From: Antedon mediterranea
Taxonomy: Eukaryota; Animalia; Echinodermata
Direction: 5' to 3'
NCBI RefSeq assembly: GCF_964355755.1
Contig: NC_092678.1
Location: 5,472,422 to 5,536,421 of the forward strand
DNA: 64,000 nucleotides
Positions within the stretch are counted from its first letter, which is position 1; each line of letters starts with the position of its first letter. Below the pieces are notes generated by a model. The model did no database searches. It worked only from the letters and a program-made list of their open reading frames with translations, and was not told the origin of the DNA. Below, one piece after another: positions 61,401 through 64,000 of the stretch. Made by a program: the position numbers and the translations under genes.

Positions 61401-62110
61401 AAAAAGGTCTACGCTTGCGTTTTTTAAGCCTCTATGCCTGATGTTTCCGAAGTATAAAATGCAATTTTTTGAAGACCTGCAGCTCTAGTTTTAAACAGTT
61501 TCTTAGCTCAGCCCCAACAATAAAGCTGGTTATATTTCGAAGTACAAAAAGTGCATTTTCCGGGACCTAACATCTCTATTTTTCAAACATTTCTTAGCTC
61601 AGTCACAACCTTGATAGGGACTTATATATTTTGTTTCATGTTTTGAAGTATAATAAGTCCAATTTCCGGGACCTCCAACTCTATTTTTCTAAATTTTCTT
61701 TGAACTTTTATTTTTTAAATTGAAAAATATGGATTGAAACAGTCATCACGCATCGTTTTTTTGCACGCAGTATTTTATTTATGCATTATAAAAAATGGAA
61801 AAAATGGCTACCCTAAATCTGATTAAAATGACCTCAAATGACGCTAGAACGCGTTGCTTTCGGGGGCTTCGCCCCCTGGACCCCCACCGGGGGCCCTTGG
61901 CGGCCCCCTGGCCCCCAGCCTAGTAATGCTCGCTTCGCTCGCATAGCCCCCTCGTCGGGGAATGTAGCCCCCGCGTCGGGAAGATCCTGGCGCCACCCCT
62001 GGTTTGTGCTTCATTCCACTAAATTCAGCTTTCAATTCCGCCCTTTTGGCCTATTCGACGACTCCTTTTTTAACTCGACGAAGATCTCCAGGCACCACGT
62101 GATGCTGTAA
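58430..62110 (-). mobile_element. Decayed BEL/Pao LTR-retrotransposon gag region, interrupted by a hAT element
   Basis: Broken frames: coiled-coil AKRAELKAEFSGMKHK|LKKYKLKVEREAAEHKFKMEEKMLE, FDEDPLKCPKW, RYGHGSVVARAFLKKMDAWQKINGKDYVGLRDFSDF. Stops and frameshifts present; no LTRs identified. Confidence 0.7.
60385..62001. mobile_element. Non-autonomous hAT transposon (1617 bp)
   Basis: TIR CAGTGGTGGCGCCAG / CTGGCGCCACCCCTG; exact 8-bp TSD GTTTGTGC (60377-60384 and 62002-62009); internal ~325-bp direct repeat (60457-60778 and 60782-61106). Confidence 0.92.
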
Positions 62111-63090
62111 CAATTCCTATGATATTGTGCGAATATTGTCACGTTATGGCGATACAGCACTGATAATCGGATACTATACGTTTAGAACAAATCATAAATA
62201 TACAAATATAATACCTGTGTTTTAGGCCTATATAAAAGTTAATTTATTAATGTAATAATTGTCCTACATATATAACATTATATAATATCAATGTACACAT
62301 AAATATACTTTTTAACGTTTTTAAAATAGTGGTCAAGGTCAAAGGTCAGTAAATGATTAAAGACTAAAGTAATATTAAAATAATATAATATATATTTATA
62401 ACGGTATAAAAAAAAACTATAATAAACTGCAGCGATAAACCCGAGATTAATAAAATTATATACCGGTTAGGTCAAGGAAATCTACTGGAATAAGTCGACT
62501 CTACGATAGATTTTATGCATCTCATTAGACCACATAATAATAATTATTATAATTATAAAGTTAATTAAAATACTGTTGTCAATGGTACATCATATTGTAC
62601 AAAAAAGGATGAGAAAGAATCAAAATGATTAAATTCGCTCGGTTAGTTCAAACTGGAGCTTAACCTACACCATGAACATGTAGGTCCACTGTTTACACAC
62701 ATTACAGCAGCACGTTATAGAAGCTAATTCTTTGGTGTGTTTTAGTCTTTTGGTCTTATTTAATATAAATGAGAGCCCTTCAGAGTTGTGCCTCTAATAG
62801 GCACCAGTAATTAGACGGAACTACAAATCAATTGGCATCAACCAGTAATTTGTGTCCGCATTTAACCGAAAATTGATGCATATGAACCAGAGTTTAGACT
62901 TATTTATTGTCTTTTTTATATTAGTCTTCGTTTCGATGTTTGCATGGAAGCTCAAGTAGTACGTATGAAACGCCATATGTGCCAAAATATTTATCGTTTT
63001 ACTAATTTTAGGTCAAAACTCCGTCTGGACGAGAACCAGTCATGCAGAATGCAATCGTGTTTCCAGAGATTAGTAGTTAAATCAAAATCT

Positions 63091-64000
63091 TCAGAGTGGA
63101 GTCGTCTGCTGGGCAAGAGCATTGTAATTCTCCGAAGTTCGTTGTTTTTCTCTTCGCTTTAGAAAAAGCTCAATAGCCATAAAAATTAAAGGCACGATCA
63201 AGTAACTGGCAGACATGAAAAAAAACGCGTCGTTGTAACTGTTTGTCAAATCGTATAACCAACCTGAAATACAAACAAACAAAGGTTAATATTATTGTGG
63301 AAAGGTTTGCTTGCCGCTGATTACTAGCTGCATTATGGGAGTATGTTTCCATACGTGTTTGATCTGGGGTAATAATGTTCAGCGCTTAGAGAAGCTTGCT
63401 TGTAGAGCGCTATATAATAATGAACTATTATTATTATTATTATAATATGCGATTTGTGATTCCAAAATGAAAGTAAAAAGGTCGAGGGATTTTCTGGCAC
63501 TTCGGGATAACGAGCTATAAAGCTTTATTGGTCGAATTTCAAAACATTGGTAGACTCCGGGCTTCATGTTTGGTTCGCACTAGGACGCAACGCAAGAACG
63601 TAAAGCTCTGTCTACACTATCAGACTTTATGTGACAACAAATGTGATTTGCCCATATATGGACATGATGATGTCATATCACTACATATTTGAGCATATCA
63701 CTACCATATATGGGTACGGTCAAAACACTTGCGTTGCGCTTACGTCATTGACACGCATTTAAATCCTTGTTTTGATTGGAGGAGAATAAAGGCTTGTGAC
63801 CTACCTGCTGCGAATCCTCCTATGACGCATCCTATTCCGCCAGGCACTTGTACGATTCCAAACGCTTGGTGAAAGTATTCATCTCCAACGAATACACGAA
63901 CCATAACTGGAATAAGCGGCACATGAACACCGACGTTATATGCAATAACAACAGTCAAAATATATAGCAGCACTTTGGATGAACAAAACGGGTAGCCTAG
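63091..64000 (-). CDS. Monocarboxylate transporter (SLC16/MFS) family, last two exons (5'-truncated by window)
   Basis: 64000-63805 (..LIPVMVRVFVGDEYFHQAFGIVQVPGGIGCVIGGFAA) is joined in phase 1 to 63263-63091 (GWLYDLTNSYNDAFFF..), the typical SLC16 TM10-12 pattern. Confidence 0.85.
63604..63715. mobile_element. MITE family A, copy 8 (partial), inside another small TIR element
   Basis: TAA-AGCTCTGTCTACACTATCAGAC...; flanked by gacgcaacgcaag / cttgcgttgcgct. Confidence 0.65.

Overview
AT-rich, intron-containing animal genomic DNA; gene content and TAGGCCTA-rich promoter flanks suggest a marine invertebrate deuterostome, possibly an echinoderm (inference). Seven protein-coding loci were assembled by hand from GT-AG splice sites with consistent phase. 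(1) A 34-coding-exon WDR87/WDR97-like WD40 gene (minus, 3051-31809). (2) Nested antisense in its 12-kb intron, an intact ~1180-aa immune-type gene with the architecture DED-DED-(TIR-TRADD-N-like)x2-Filamin-NHL (13774-18805), preceded by a TATA/NF-kB/ETS-IRF motif cluster. (3) The 3' end of a diverged paralog of that gene (1-801), next to an orphan copy of a host exon, indicating a ~17.7-kb duplication. (4) A head-to-head gene encoding a ubiquitin-like/4TM/armadillo protein (33129-40500). (5) Nested antisense in one of its introns, a two-Ig-domain receptor with a tyrosine-motif-rich tail. (6) A thioredoxin-glutathione reductase selenoprotein (GCUG end, type II SECIS). (7) The 3' end of an SLC16 transporter. 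Introns and spacers hold Harbinger, Tc1/pogo, hAT, Kolobok and Helitron-type non-autonomous elements, LINE fragments, tRNA-derived SINEs, a decayed BEL/Pao gag, a Penelope-type hammerhead relic, and three tandem repeats built on live splice sites. The best candidate for an undescribed system is the duplicated, diversifying NHL-sensor plus death-fold/TIR/TRADD-N gene family. All domain calls are by eye, without database searches.
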